A stretch of 30,090 nt of DNA from Candidatus Heimdallarchaeota archaeon (GCA_021399395.1 JAAFKJ010000080.1:1-30090); one strand, 5' to 3'. Numbered from the stretch's first letter, positions 17,710 through 27,092 are shown. Notes: generated by a model not told the origin, from the letters alone. A program made the numbers and translations.

Positions 17710-19789
17710 TTAGTTCACCTGAGTTAATTAGAGAAATAATTCTAACCACCAAATCTGCAACAATTCCTTGTAATAATAGTTTCGTTTCAACATTACTACT
17801 TTCTATCTTGTTGAACAGATTTTGAGTAATTTTACCATAAAGTAATTTCGCATTCTTATATGAAATATTATCTTCAAATCCTCTTACATCTTCTTGTTCA
17901 TCTTTTAGGAAACTGATCATCAAGTTTTGCTTTATCTTTACTAGCTCCTTCTGGTTTTCCTCTACGATAGTTGACCATTTGAAATCAAACAAATATTTCT
18001 TCGATATAAAACCTAAAATTATACTATAATAGATGATATCAAGATTCAACATCTGGGTATGTAAGCTTACTATTTTTTGAGATCTTATCCTTTCTATATT
18101 TTCTCTGATATCTTCAGTAAGAACTTGCTTTCTAGCTATTCTTGACAATAAGGAATGTAATTTACTTTCGTTCTGCAGAGATGGTAAGAATTTCTCCCTT
18201 TCTTCTTGCTCTATTTGGATAAGATTCAACATTAGTAAGAAATATGGCGATAATTGAGCTTCAGCAGCAGGATTTCGTGATTTGAAATTAATCACCAATC
18301 TTTCCAATTTAGATAAGGTAAGTTTGCTAGAATAGATAGTAGACAGTAAATCTAGGTAGAACAAAGGAATATGGGTTTCTTCAAATAGAAGATTATGCTC
18401 CCTGCTGTGAGATTTTATGTGTCTTTCATTTTCAGCTAATTGTAAGGTACGGATAATGGTATCCAAAACAGGTTTTCTGTTTATCTGAACATATTGACTT
18501 AGTTCCTTTGCAGAGACAATACATTCAGAAAAATTAGATTGTTTCCAATCTATTCCAAAAAGTAGATCTAAGAACGCAATTGAAGTAGGGTCTTTATGTT
18601 TAGATGATAGCTTAAATCCCGATTGAGCTAATTCCTTCGCCTTGCTCAAGCTACCCATTACATACAGAATTTGTGATTTTGAAAAATGAATAGCTATCAA
18701 ACTTTTATCATCATGAAAAAGTGTTGCAAGTTTTTCTAGTTCTTCTAAGACATTTAGAGAACTTTCGTATTTCTCGTTTTTGAACAAATATTGACTTTTC
18801 AAATGCATTAAATTGGCAATTTCTGATATATGCAACTTCTTCTTTTCTTCATCAAATGTCTTTGCAGCTTCTAAGGCTTTATCTGTAATTTTATCTGCTT
18901 TAAGTGATTCACCATTTTGAAGTAAAGAATCTATTAACAATATCACCATAGGTAAATTCTGGCTTGTAATGCTTTTAGCTGAAATCGTTTGAAGATATCG
19001 TAAATTCTTAATTACAGAAGCATAGTTTTTGAGATTATAGTACATTCGTGCTTTAGTGTCTAACACTGTATGTTCTCCCTTTTGATGACCCAATTTTCTG
19101 AAGATCTTTTCCGCTTTGGTTAGATACGATAAGGCATTCTTTTCACTAAGCATATTAGCGTATGTGGAACCTAAATTGAATAAGATGGTTGCTTCACCTA
19201 CCAAATCCTTGTTTTTAGAACGTATTTTCAAACTTCTACCATAATAATCAATAGCTTGATCATATTCGCCCAAATAAAAAAATAATCCTCCTAGTCCTGA
19301 GAAACTTTGTGCTAACCCCTTTTCATTCTTGTTCCTTTTATCGATTTCAATAGCTTGTTCAAATAATGTTTTACTCTGTTCAAAAGTACCTTTTTCAAGA
19401 TAGAGATTAGCTAGATTGTGATAGATGGTTGCTTTAGTATCTTCATCTAAATTTTCTTGATGAACCTTTAGAATCTTATCGTATATGTGTAAAGATTTCT
19501 CCTTCTCTCCCAATCTTCGTAGAATTTTCGCTCTTTGTATTTCTACATTAATAGTTTCCTCAGTTGTACTAGATACTTCACTCAGTAATTTCTTACAACT
19601 TAAAATGTCTTCCAGTGCTTGTTTATTTCTACTTAAGAAATAATTTGATTGAGCAGAAAAGAGTAACATCTCCTTCCTCTCATTAGCACTCTCTACTCCT
19701 TCTAAATTTGAGTTTACAATATTAGATACTTCTCTATACTTTTGTTGTTCAAACAATTCCTGTATTTGAGCTATGAGCGAGTTTGACAT
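17681..19789 (-). CDS. Tetratricopeptide-repeat protein
   Basis: Repeats such as ATIYHNLANLYLEKGTFEQSKTLFEQAIEI, AQSFSGLGGLFFYLGEYDQAIDYYGRSLKI and ATILFNLGSTY. Confidence 0.9.
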   Translation of the reverse strand: MSNSLIAQIQELFEQQKYREVSNIVNSNLEGVESANERKEMLLFSAQSNYFLSRNKQALEDILSCKKLLSEVSSTTEETINVEIQRAKILRRLGEKEKSLHIYDKILKVHQENLDEDTKATIYHNLANLYLEKGTFEQSKTLFEQAIEIDKRNKNEKGLAQSFSGLGGLFFYLGEYDQAIDYYGRSLKIRSKNKDLVGEATILFNLGSTYANMLSEKNALSYLTKAEKIFRKLGHQKGEHTVLDTKARMYYNLKNYASVIKNLRYLQTISAKSITSQNLPMVILLIDSLLQNGESLKADKITDKALEAAKTFDEEKKKLHISEIANLMHLKSQYLFKNEKYESSLNVLEELEKLATLFHDDKSLIAIHFSKSQILYVMGSLSKAKELAQSGFKLSSKHKDPTSIAFLDLLFGIDWKQSNFSECIVSAKELSQYVQINRKPVLDTIIRTLQLAENERHIKSHSREHNLLFEETHIPLFYLDLLSTIYSSKLTLSKLERLVINFKSRNPAAEAQLSPYFLLMLNLIQIEQEEREKFLPSLQNESKLHSLLSRIARKQVLTEDIRENIERIRSQKIVSLHTQMLNLDIIYYSIILGFISKKYLFDFKWSTIVEENQKELVKIKQNLMISFLKDEQEDVRGFEDNISYKNAKLLYGKITQNLFNKIESSNVETKLLLQGIVADLVVRIISLINSGELSGPKTEEAY

Positions 19790-19823
19790 TTTTTCATCAA
19801 CAGAGAAAAATATGTAGAAGATT

Positions 19824-20381
19824 TTATCTATCTTCTAATACAATAGTACCTGCTAAATAATCCCCAACTCTTCGACCTTCTTCATTACACAATGGCACAA
19901 TATAGTCTATTCCAAAGAGAACACCTAAACATAAAGTTCTGACACATGATTGACCTGTTGTTATTGGTTGTCCTGTGTCATAGTCAACTACTCTGATATT
20001 GAGCATTGATTTTCCAAAAGACTTCCCTTTTTCAGGAATAACATCTCTGAAACACCAAAGTGGCGGACATAAATTGTATAAGACACTGTCTATAAGTAAA
20101 GCAAGGCAACGATCCATATAACTTGCTTTGAATTGGATATAGTTCGCTGGTAAGACTGCTTGTGGACCTGGTTGAGCTTGTGGATATGGTGCTGGTTGTA
20201 CTCGATCATAAGGGCCTGATTGAACTGGTGCATAAGGACCAGATTGGGCTGGTGCGGGGGTTTGCTGAGCTTTAGGCGCAGGAACAGATTCTTCTAATAG
20301 TTTGTGACCACAATTCAAACAAAACTTGTCTTCTGGTGCAATAGAAGACCCACAATTTGGACAGAAATACTTTTTCGACAT
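19824..20381 (-). CDS. Zinc-ribbon + Pro/Gln-rich linker + RDD domain membrane protein
   Basis: CPNCG…FCLNCG, QSGPY/QPAPY repeats, RCLALLID, GKSFGKSMLNIRVV and RRVGDYLAGTIV. Confidence 0.88.
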   Translation of the reverse strand: MSKKYFCPNCGSSIAPEDKFCLNCGHKLLEESVPAPKAQQTPAPAQSGPYAPVQSGPYDRVQPAPYPQAQPGPQAVLPANYIQFKASYMDRCLALLIDSVLYNLCPPLWCFRDVIPEKGKSFGKSMLNIRVVDYDTGQPITTGQSCVRTLCLGVLFGIDYIVPLCNEEGRRVGDYLAGTIVLEDR

Positions 20382-20444
20382 TTAGTGAGACACCTTTCGT
20401 TAATATTTATACTGTTAGAATATTTAAGGGTATTTTAATCAAGA

Positions 20445-20718
20445 TGATGAGTTTTTGTCATGTTGGCATGTTAGGCAAACATGGTTGAGCATATTTAGTA
20501 GCAGATGTGAGTGTCATTCCTTGTGAATCTACACACACCCTACAGGGGTACATCACGTACCCTCCTACCCCGTTCACACTACAAGTAGTGCTTTCGGATC
20601 GCTTGTTTCCCATTCTTGATGGGTATAGTGGAAAGGGTTCCATTTCTCTTGCAACTTGACTACAATCCCCTGTGGGAGGTGGTCGCATAGGTTACTTGAG
20701 CGGCAAACCTCACTCCTA
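20445..20718 (-). ncRNA. Candidate structured non-coding RNA of unknown family (~275 nt)
   Basis: GC-richer intergenic island with at least seven hairpins plus a long-range helix (20538-20545 with 20670-20676). Minus-strand TTTATA at 20739-20744 lies ~25 nt upstream. Confidence 0.6.
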
Positions 20719-20864
20719 TTTTATACTGATTTTTTGACTATAAATACCCAGTAATATCTTACTTTCAGTCTTCTTTCAAAGAGATTTGTCGTAAGATTAA
20801 TATGACTATATGACAAATTTACTTTATAAAATCTTTCTCGATTGTTGGCGTTCTTATCTAAAAA

Positions 20865-22088
20865 CTAATTTGATTGTTTTATAATTTTCTTATAAATTTT
20901 TACAAGATTTTTTCCTATAATTGCATAATCGTAATTCTTCAAAGCATGATTTTGTGATTTATATGCTATTTCCTCACTAATTTTCTTATTATGCACAATT
21001 TGAAGCACTTTATCTACTATTTGCTCTCTTTTATTCGGAGGATATAACCAACCACTATCAGGAGGTAACATCTCGTTCATAGGTGGTCGATCCATAGCTA
21101 TTACTGGCAATCCGGATGCCATAGCTTCGATTAATGGGGTTCCAAAACTCCCTTCTCTTGAAGGATAGAGCAGAATGTTACTAACATGGTAAGCTAATAA
21201 CAATTCTTCATCTTTTATGTAACCTGTTATTGTGATTGCATCTTCAATTTTCAAATCAACGACTTTTTCTTTAATATCTTTTAGAAGTGGTCCGTCTCCA
21301 ATTATTAAGAAATGCGTATCAGGTTGTCTCTTAAGAATTTCAGGAAAATATTCAATAACATCGAGTTGAGATTTACGTGTTATAAAGGGCCCTTGTAGTA
21401 AAATGGTTGTTTTATCTTGAGTTAGATCATATTTATCTCTAAATTCTTCAGTATCTTCTATTTTTGAAATTTGAGAGAATTTCTTGCAATTCAGAGCATG
21501 TTGAACTAAAATAACTTTGTCTTCAGTTTTACTTGGTAATCGTTTGACTTTATCTAGTAATGACTTTGAATTAGTTATAATAATGTCACAATATTTAACA
21601 ATTCTTCTAAGAAGTTTGGAATAAGGTCGTTTGACCCACAATCTAGATTTAAAATTGCCTGTTGTTACAGCTCCATGAATGGAAACAATTAATGGGATAG
21701 CCAGTTCTTCCTTCTTCTTCGCAATGGCAAAAGAAAGGGCTGAAACTTCCATTGCATGAATGAGTGAGAATTCTTTTTCAGCTGAAAGTTCAGTGAAAAC
21801 ATCAAATGCTTCCTTAGAGAATTTTCTGTGGTTTTTAGCATTAAAATTTGTTAGGGTACTATAAGCTCCTCTAGCTGAAATTTGTTCAGGTAAAAGATAA
21901 AAATTAATATTTTCTCTGTTCATCAATTCATCGTCAGAAGACAACGCAGTTGTTGTTGCGATGTGGATTTCTATATCTTGATTTGCTAAAGCTTGAATTA
22001 AAGAATAGGCATATCTGCGAAGTCCAGCCATAGGGCCTATATATGGTGGTCCTATCTCTATCGTAGAGACAAAGATGGAGAAATCCAT
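20865..22088 (-). CDS. Glycosyltransferase family 4 (GT-B)
   Basis: FLIIGDGPL, ITGYI and YPSREGSFGTPLIEAMASGLPVIA; N-terminal GT4 domain. Confidence 0.92.
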   Translation of the reverse strand: MDFSIFVSTIEIGPPYIGPMAGLRRYAYSLIQALANQDIEIHIATTTALSSDDELMNRENINFYLLPEQISARGAYSTLTNFNAKNHRKFSKEAFDVFTELSAEKEFSLIHAMEVSALSFAIAKKKEELAIPLIVSIHGAVTTGNFKSRLWVKRPYSKLLRRIVKYCDIIITNSKSLLDKVKRLPSKTEDKVILVQHALNCKKFSQISKIEDTEEFRDKYDLTQDKTTILLQGPFITRKSQLDVIEYFPEILKRQPDTHFLIIGDGPLLKDIKEKVVDLKIEDAITITGYIKDEELLLAYHVSNILLYPSREGSFGTPLIEAMASGLPVIAMDRPPMNEMLPPDSGWLYPPNKREQIVDKVLQIVHNKKISEEIAYKSQNHALKNYDYAIIGKNLVKIYKKIIKQSN

Positions 22089-22181
22089 ATGTAAGAATAT
22101 AGTTTACCTAAAAAAGCGTTTTGGTGAACATTTCTAAAAGTATTTTGAAAGATTTTTGTTCAACCACAATAATAAAAAGAA

Positions 22182-22991
22182 TTGAGAGCTGAACTTATTC
22201 TTATGAAAGAAACTGAAGACAGAATATACGACTATGTTATTGATAATGGTCTTTCCTCTAGTTCTGTTAATCTAATTAAGGAAAACATTTCCAGTGTTTC
22301 TAGTACGTTTCTTGCAGACATATTAGTGGAAAATATCAATTTACATCTTGAATACAAATTACTACTTGAATTCCTTCCAAATGTTTGGAAAGAGGATAAT
22401 CAAAGTTCTAATCTTCTCGCTTATATTAGCGGTGTTCTTCATAGGATGTTCTATTTGGTAAGAGAACAACCGTTGGGAAAAGAAATCTCAAAATTTCATA
22501 AGAAAGAGTTTGATTTATTTCATCAGAAACTTTGTGATTTTAGATCTGAATGTTTGGATGCGGTAGAGATTCTAGAACAATATCAGTTTGGTAATGTCGA
22601 ATCTTTAGATGATTTAATCTCAACATTAGATTCGTTACCTCAAATGTCTCCTGAAATTACAGAAATGCTAAGAATAGTATCTGTGTTATTTCTTCAATTC
22701 GCAACTCACAAAGAACAAACAATTAACAACATTGATGAATTAAGTTTGTTCTTGAGTAGATGCCTTATTTTATGGAAACTTAAAACTCTAACAAATTTTG
22801 AACTTAATGAATGCTTGAATGGAGCATTAGAGAAGTATTCAACACCTATCGACTTAACAAAATTTGAGGAGATTCTATCTCTTGAAATACAGACCTATCA
22901 GTTTCTTCAGTATGGTTTAAATCACGATGCTCTAAAGTTGATAGCTGGTACATTTAAGAAAATCTACGACAGTAAAATCTATACAAAATAA
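22182..22991 (+). CDS. Hypothetical alpha-helical protein
   Basis: 269-aa ORF (alternative ATG at 22203); Leu/Glu-rich with no recognised motif. Confidence 0.7.
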   Translation: MRAELILMKETEDRIYDYVIDNGLSSSSVNLIKENISSVSSTFLADILVENINLHLEYKLLLEFLPNVWKEDNQSSNLLAYISGVLHRMFYLVREQPLGKEISKFHKKEFDLFHQKLCDFRSECLDAVEILEQYQFGNVESLDDLISTLDSLPQMSPEITEMLRIVSVLFLQFATHKEQTINNIDELSLFLSRCLILWKLKTLTNFELNECLNGALEKYSTPIDLTKFEEILSLEIQTYQFLQYGLNHDALKLIAGTFKKIYDSKIYTK

Positions 22992-23022
22992 ATTAGAATC
23001 TAGGATTAGATTGTTTCTTAGT

Positions 23023-23463
23023 CTACTTGCTATTAACGTAGGATTTTAATTCCTCAGAAATTCTCGATGCTTTCTTGAATTCTGGAGCAAGATAATTTAA
23101 TAGATCTCTGGGTACTCCCTTTCTACTGAATATGTTTGTTAGTATTTCATCTAAAACATCATTCTTAAGATCCGGATTATGAAGCATTTCTTTAACAGAA
23201 GTGATTTTCATGCTTGCTGGTAAATTATCTTCTAACATTGTAATTGATGACCATGCTTGAATAGTAGAATAAACTGCCATATCGGGAGTTACTATATCTA
23301 AAGCCATTCGAAAACGCCATTTCTTGACCTCTAAGGGGGCACTATCATCAGCTATTGCCCTACCTAATTTCATAGCATTATCCTGATTTGGCTTGAGACT
23401 ATATTCTTCAAGCAAATTCCTAATTGTTTCTTTCGATGGTTCTTTGTCCACTCTATTCCCCAA
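23023..23463 (-). CDS. Hypothetical alpha-helical protein
   Basis: 146-aa ORF with TTG start, AAGGA upstream and TATATATA at 23492-23501. Confidence 0.7.
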   Translation of the reverse strand: MGNRVDKEPSKETIRNLLEEYSLKPNQDNAMKLGRAIADDSAPLEVKKWRFRMALDIVTPDMAVYSTIQAWSSITMLEDNLPASMKITSVKEMLHNPDLKNDVLDEILTNIFSRKGVPRDLLNYLAPEFKKASRISEELKSYVNSK

Positions 23464-23714
23464 CTGTTCCTTAATAAGATACTAGTTCGAGTATATATAT
23501 ACCTTATTCTTCAAAGGTGTAGAGGAAGCGTTTTCAAGAAAGTAGAACGCCTACCTTCTTATAATACACCTTCTGCTAAAGATGACTATGTAAAAAAGGT
23601 GGGTTTACAGAGCACTTACTAACCTTTCCGCAAGGTTTCACCTGTTTTTCATGAAAAAAATTCTTCTAGATTGTAATTCAAAGCTTATGTGTTGATATAA
23701 CAGTAGAATAGAGA

Positions 23715-23760
23715 AAAAGGGTGAAAGTGTAAGACAGAGAACTCTTACCTTACTCCTTTT
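23715..23760 (-). terminator. Hairpin followed by U-rich tract directly after the amidohydrolase stop
   Basis: GTAAGA(23729-34)/TCTTAC(23743-48) and AAAAGG(23715-20)/CCTTTT(23755-60). Minus strand continues UUUUUCUCUAUUCU. Confidence 0.4.
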
Positions 23761-24946
23761 ATGATTTGAAGAGATTATAGAAGGCTAAAATCGAATAAAT
23801 CGCTGTTCCTTTCCATAAAATTTCTTCATCTATATCGAATTTAGGATGGTGATGAGGGTGTATTATACCCTTTTCTTCGTTATATAATCCAAGCGCAATG
23901 AATGCTCCTTTTGTTTTATTGAGATAGAAAGCAAAATCTTCTCCACCCATAGTTAGATCTACTTCTTTAACTTCATCGAGAGGTTTTAGAATATCAATAA
24001 CATCCTCTACACTATCATCATGATTGATTGTTGGTGGATAATAAATCCCATCAATTGCATATTCGAACTTGCCTTCACATCTCCAAGCATGACTGTACCC
24101 CTCAATAATCTCTTGCATTCTCTTCAAGATGTGATCTCTTACCTCATTGCTGAAAGTTCTGAAAGTTCCTTCCATTTCTGCAGTACCTGGTATAACATTG
24201 CTAGCATCACTTCCCCTTAACATAGGGGTAGAGATAACAGCTTTGTCTAGTGGATCTATTTCTCTACTCACGATCTTTTGAATTGCATTATAGATATCTA
24301 CCATAACAGATGTTGGGTCGAATGTTTGATGTGGACTAGCTGCATGACCACCTTTACCTTTAATCCCAATCTTAAATTGATCAGCTGATGCTAAGAAGGG
24401 TCCCTTTCTGGTTCCTATTACTCCGCTTGGTAGTTCTCTCCAAACATGTATGCCGAAAATTTGATCTACATCATCAATATGACCTTCTTTGACTATCTTA
24501 TCTGCTCCTCCCCCACCTTCTTCAGCTGGTTGGAAAATGAGCTTAATTTTACCTTCAAGTTTATCTTTATGCTTATAGACGATATGGGCAGCAGCAAGTA
24601 ACATTGCAGTGTGTGAATCATGACCACATGCATGCATTTTACCAGGTATTTTACTGCAGTATGGTTTATCATTTTCTTCTGTAACATTAAGCGCATCAAT
24701 GTCTGCTCGTAGAGCAATTGTCCTTCCTTCCTTCCCTGAATCAATAATCGCAATTAACCCAGTCTTTGCAGTTGTAACAACATCATAACCAATTTTAACT
24801 AATTCTTCTTTAAGATAAGCAGATGTCTTAACTTCTTCATACCCTGTTTCCGGATACATATGGAAGTGTCTTCGCTTTTCAACAATATATTCTTGCATGT
24901 CTTTTGATTCTTGTATTAGAATCTGTTTGAATTCATTAATATCCAT
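23759..24946 (-). CDS. M20D-family amidohydrolase/carboxypeptidase
   Basis: RRHFHMYPETGYEE, ALRADIDAL, MHACGHDSH, FQPAEEGGGG, GKGGHAASPH, GGEDF and HHHPKFDIDE. Confidence 0.95.
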   Translation of the reverse strand: MDINEFKQILIQESKDMQEYIVEKRRHFHMYPETGYEEVKTSAYLKEELVKIGYDVVTTAKTGLIAIIDSGKEGRTIALRADIDALNVTEENDKPYCSKIPGKMHACGHDSHTAMLLAAAHIVYKHKDKLEGKIKLIFQPAEEGGGGADKIVKEGHIDDVDQIFGIHVWRELPSGVIGTRKGPFLASADQFKIGIKGKGGHAASPHQTFDPTSVMVDIYNAIQKIVSREIDPLDKAVISTPMLRGSDASNVIPGTAEMEGTFRTFSNEVRDHILKRMQEIIEGYSHAWRCEGKFEYAIDGIYYPPTINHDDSVEDVIDILKPLDEVKEVDLTMGGEDFAFYLNKTKGAFIALGLYNEEKGIIHPHHHPKFDIDEEILWKGTAIYSILAFYNLFKS

Positions 24947-25116
24947 AGGATTTTTGAAGTTACTCGCTATTTTTACTTTTCTCTTAAACTATGGATATTT
25001 ATGGTGTTAATTACTGTTTTTTGGAATTACGTTTCTATTTGTCTGTAAGTTTTGGGGGATAAAAACTTAAAATTAACACATGGAGTAGCGATTTTGTATT
25101 TGTGGAGGTACCTCAA

Positions 25117-26415
25117 ATGAATAATGAATACGATGTTATTGTCGTTGGAGCAGGATGTGCAGGTCCAGCCGCAGCAAAGAAAGCAGCAGAATTGGGGTTG
25201 AGCGTTCTATTACTTGAAAAATCCCAAGTTCCTGGAGAGAAAAATGTTTCTGGAACATGCTTAAATGGTGCTGCAATTTTGGACCCAGATTTACAATATA
25301 TTGTTGAATGTCCAACTGAACGATTAATCAAAGAAATGCGAACCTATCATATCAATGATGACAGAACAACTGTCTTTCATGAGATTCCCTCAGAAGGAGT
25401 ATTGTTATTGTCTGTAAGAAGAGATCATCTTGACTCTTGGCATACAGAAGAAGCTAAGAAAGCAGGAGCAGAAGTGAAACTATCAACCACTGTTGTTGAT
25501 ATTATTGAAGAGAATGATTACGTTAAAGGTGTAATTACAGACTCTGGTGAGAAGTATTTTGGTAAAGTTGTAATTGATGCAGCTGGAGTTAACTCCATAG
25601 TTGGTCGTAAAGCTGGGTTGATTCCTAAAAGAAAAGGTACAAGCATGATTCTTTACATCACTGCAGCTGTAAAATTAGGTGAAGAGGTGATCAACGAGCG
25701 ATTTGGAGATTGTATTGAATATTATCTATCTCCAGACATTCAGTATAAAACCTGGCCGTGGATATTCCCAAAGAAGGATACTGTTACTCTAGGAACAGGG
25801 GGATATATGGATGAGAACCTAATAAATGATGAATTTCCAAATGTTAAGAAATATATGGATAATTTCATGAATTTACCTATAGTTAAGAAGAAAATTGAAG
25901 GTGGAGAGATTGTTTCTTGGGGAGTACATCTTGAGTACGATGAAACTATAGAAAGAAGAGTTAGAAATGGTTTGATCTTGACTGGAGAAGCTGGTGGATT
26001 TGTGATACCTTTCTTAGGTGAGGGTATGCCTGAAGCATTCTTCACTGGAATTTATGCAGCAATTTCTGCAGCAGAAGCAATAGAAGCTGGAGATTTTTCT
26101 GAAGCTAAATTGTCAGAAAGATATGAACAGCTACTTGGTGATAACTTCTTCATGCAAGCTTTTCGACATATTGCTGCAGTGAACAAAGAAGCAATTCTTA
26201 GTAAATCTGATGAAGAAATAACCCGAATGATGCAACAAGTAATTATGGGTGGGGGATTTATCTCAAATGCAATTCACACGAAGTGGATGAAAGGTGTCGA
26301 AGACGAAGATATGGAGTTAATTCAAGAAGCATATGACTTTCAAGAATTAATTGTACCTTATGCATCTGTTGATCCGGATTTTGAAAATCTCATAAAAGAG
26401 AGGGGAAGAAAATGA
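25117..26415 (+). CDS. FAD-dependent oxidoreductase, FixC/geranylgeranyl-reductase family
   Basis: YDVIVVGAGCAGPAAA, PGEKNVSG, RDHLDSW, IDAAGVNS, WPWIFPK and GEAGGFVIPFLGEG. ATG 25117 is preceded by GGAGG. Confidence 0.88.
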   Translation: MNNEYDVIVVGAGCAGPAAAKKAAELGLSVLLLEKSQVPGEKNVSGTCLNGAAILDPDLQYIVECPTERLIKEMRTYHINDDRTTVFHEIPSEGVLLLSVRRDHLDSWHTEEAKKAGAEVKLSTTVVDIIEENDYVKGVITDSGEKYFGKVVIDAAGVNSIVGRKAGLIPKRKGTSMILYITAAVKLGEEVINERFGDCIEYYLSPDIQYKTWPWIFPKKDTVTLGTGGYMDENLINDEFPNVKKYMDNFMNLPIVKKKIEGGEIVSWGVHLEYDETIERRVRNGLILTGEAGGFVIPFLGEGMPEAFFTGIYAAISAAEAIEAGDFSEAKLSERYEQLLGDNFFMQAFRHIAAVNKEAILSKSDEEITRMMQQVIMGGGFISNAIHTKWMKGVEDEDMELIQEAYDFQELIVPYASVDPDFENLIKERGRK

Positions 26416-26672
26416 AGATAGAAATGAAATTCAATTATTATCCAGGTGACACTGGAGAGTTCATAAAAGTTGTCGAAGACAATTGTGTTGGTTGTGGTGA
26501 GTGTGCTAAATTCTGTACTGCTGGTGTATGGGAAGCTGATGGGGCAATTTATCGTCCTATTAATCTCAAACAGTGTTTAGAATGTGGTGCATGCTGGAAT
26601 GTTTGTGAATATGACGCTGTCATCTTCGGTGACCCCAAAGGTGGAACTGGAATACGTTTCAGTTACGGTTAG
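26412..26672 (+). CDS. 2x[4Fe-4S] ferredoxin (FixX-like)
   Basis: CVGCGECAKFC and CLECGACWNVC, and a FixX-like end PKGGTGIRFSYG. ATGA overlap with the oxidoreductase. Confidence 0.92.
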   Translation: MKIEMKFNYYPGDTGEFIKVVEDNCVGCGECAKFCTAGVWEADGAIYRPINLKQCLECGACWNVCEYDAVIFGDPKGGTGIRFSYG

Positions 26673-27023
26673 GTGATTAACATGGTAAATATGGATGAAG
26701 TAATGGATACTCTAGAGAAACAAAAAGATAAGTATACACACGAAAGTGTTGCTAAACATTTCAAAGACTGGAACAAGAAATTACAATATCACTTTACTGA
26801 CATTGATGAATACTATGTTATAGAATTAGTCAATGGTCAACCTCAACCTGTTTTAAAGGAGAAGTTGGACAATCCAGATATCTCGTATGCAATGAGTACA
26901 GATACTTTTCTTAAACTAAATAAAGGCGAAATTAGTGGCTTTAAGGCTTATCAAAGAAAGCTTCTAAAAATCAAAGCTACAATGCAAGAAACGATGAAAC
27001 TTCAGAAGTTAGATAAAATCTAA
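26673..27023 (+). CDS. SCP2 (sterol carrier protein 2) lipid-binding domain protein
   Basis: LQYHFTD…YYVIELVNG…PDISYAMSTDTFLKLNKGEISGFKAYQRKLLKIKA matches the SCP2 pattern. True start may be ATG 26682, after GGTGA. Confidence 0.82.
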   Translation: MINMVNMDEVMDTLEKQKDKYTHESVAKHFKDWNKKLQYHFTDIDEYYVIELVNGQPQPVLKEKLDNPDISYAMSTDTFLKLNKGEISGFKAYQRKLLKIKATMQETMKLQKLDKI

Positions 27024-27092
27024 CTCTGTCTCTAATTTTTTTGTTAAAGGATAATTTTTAAGTGATTACAAGGATAACTGTTTCTGAATACA

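Noticed and set aside
20160-20260. Short repeats in the RDD gene, and (GTTTCA)n at 6824-6850, as CRISPR or mobile-element repeats
   Set aside because: They are in-frame, degenerate coding repeats for Pro/Gln-rich and Thr/Glu linkers, with no spacer structure.
20458-20688. 76-aa minus-strand ORF in the GC-richer island
   Set aside because: Atypical composition, no recognisable motif, and it coincides with dense hairpin structure. Better explained as a chance ORF within a structured RNA, though not formally excluded.
20445-20718. Identification as RNase P RNA, SRP RNA, 5S rRNA or a known riboswitch
   Set aside because: GCAAGAGAAA and UGAACGG faintly recall RNase P CR-II/III, but no GAGGAAxxUC or ACAGAA…CUUA is present. 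No SRP helix-8 CAGG…GRAA…AGCA and no riboswitch consensus was found on either strand.
21115-21165. GT4 donor-binding motif spacing E-x8-E (EGSFGTPLIE) instead of E-x7-E as a sign of pseudogenisation
   Set aside because: The ORF is full-length and intact; such variation is within what GT4 enzymes tolerate, so there is no support for inactivation.
23514-23572. Lysine riboswitch or SECIS element
   Set aside because: AGAGGAAGCG only superficially resembles the lysine aptamer start and the remaining consensus is absent. No in-frame UGA selenoprotein candidate was seen in the flanking genes.
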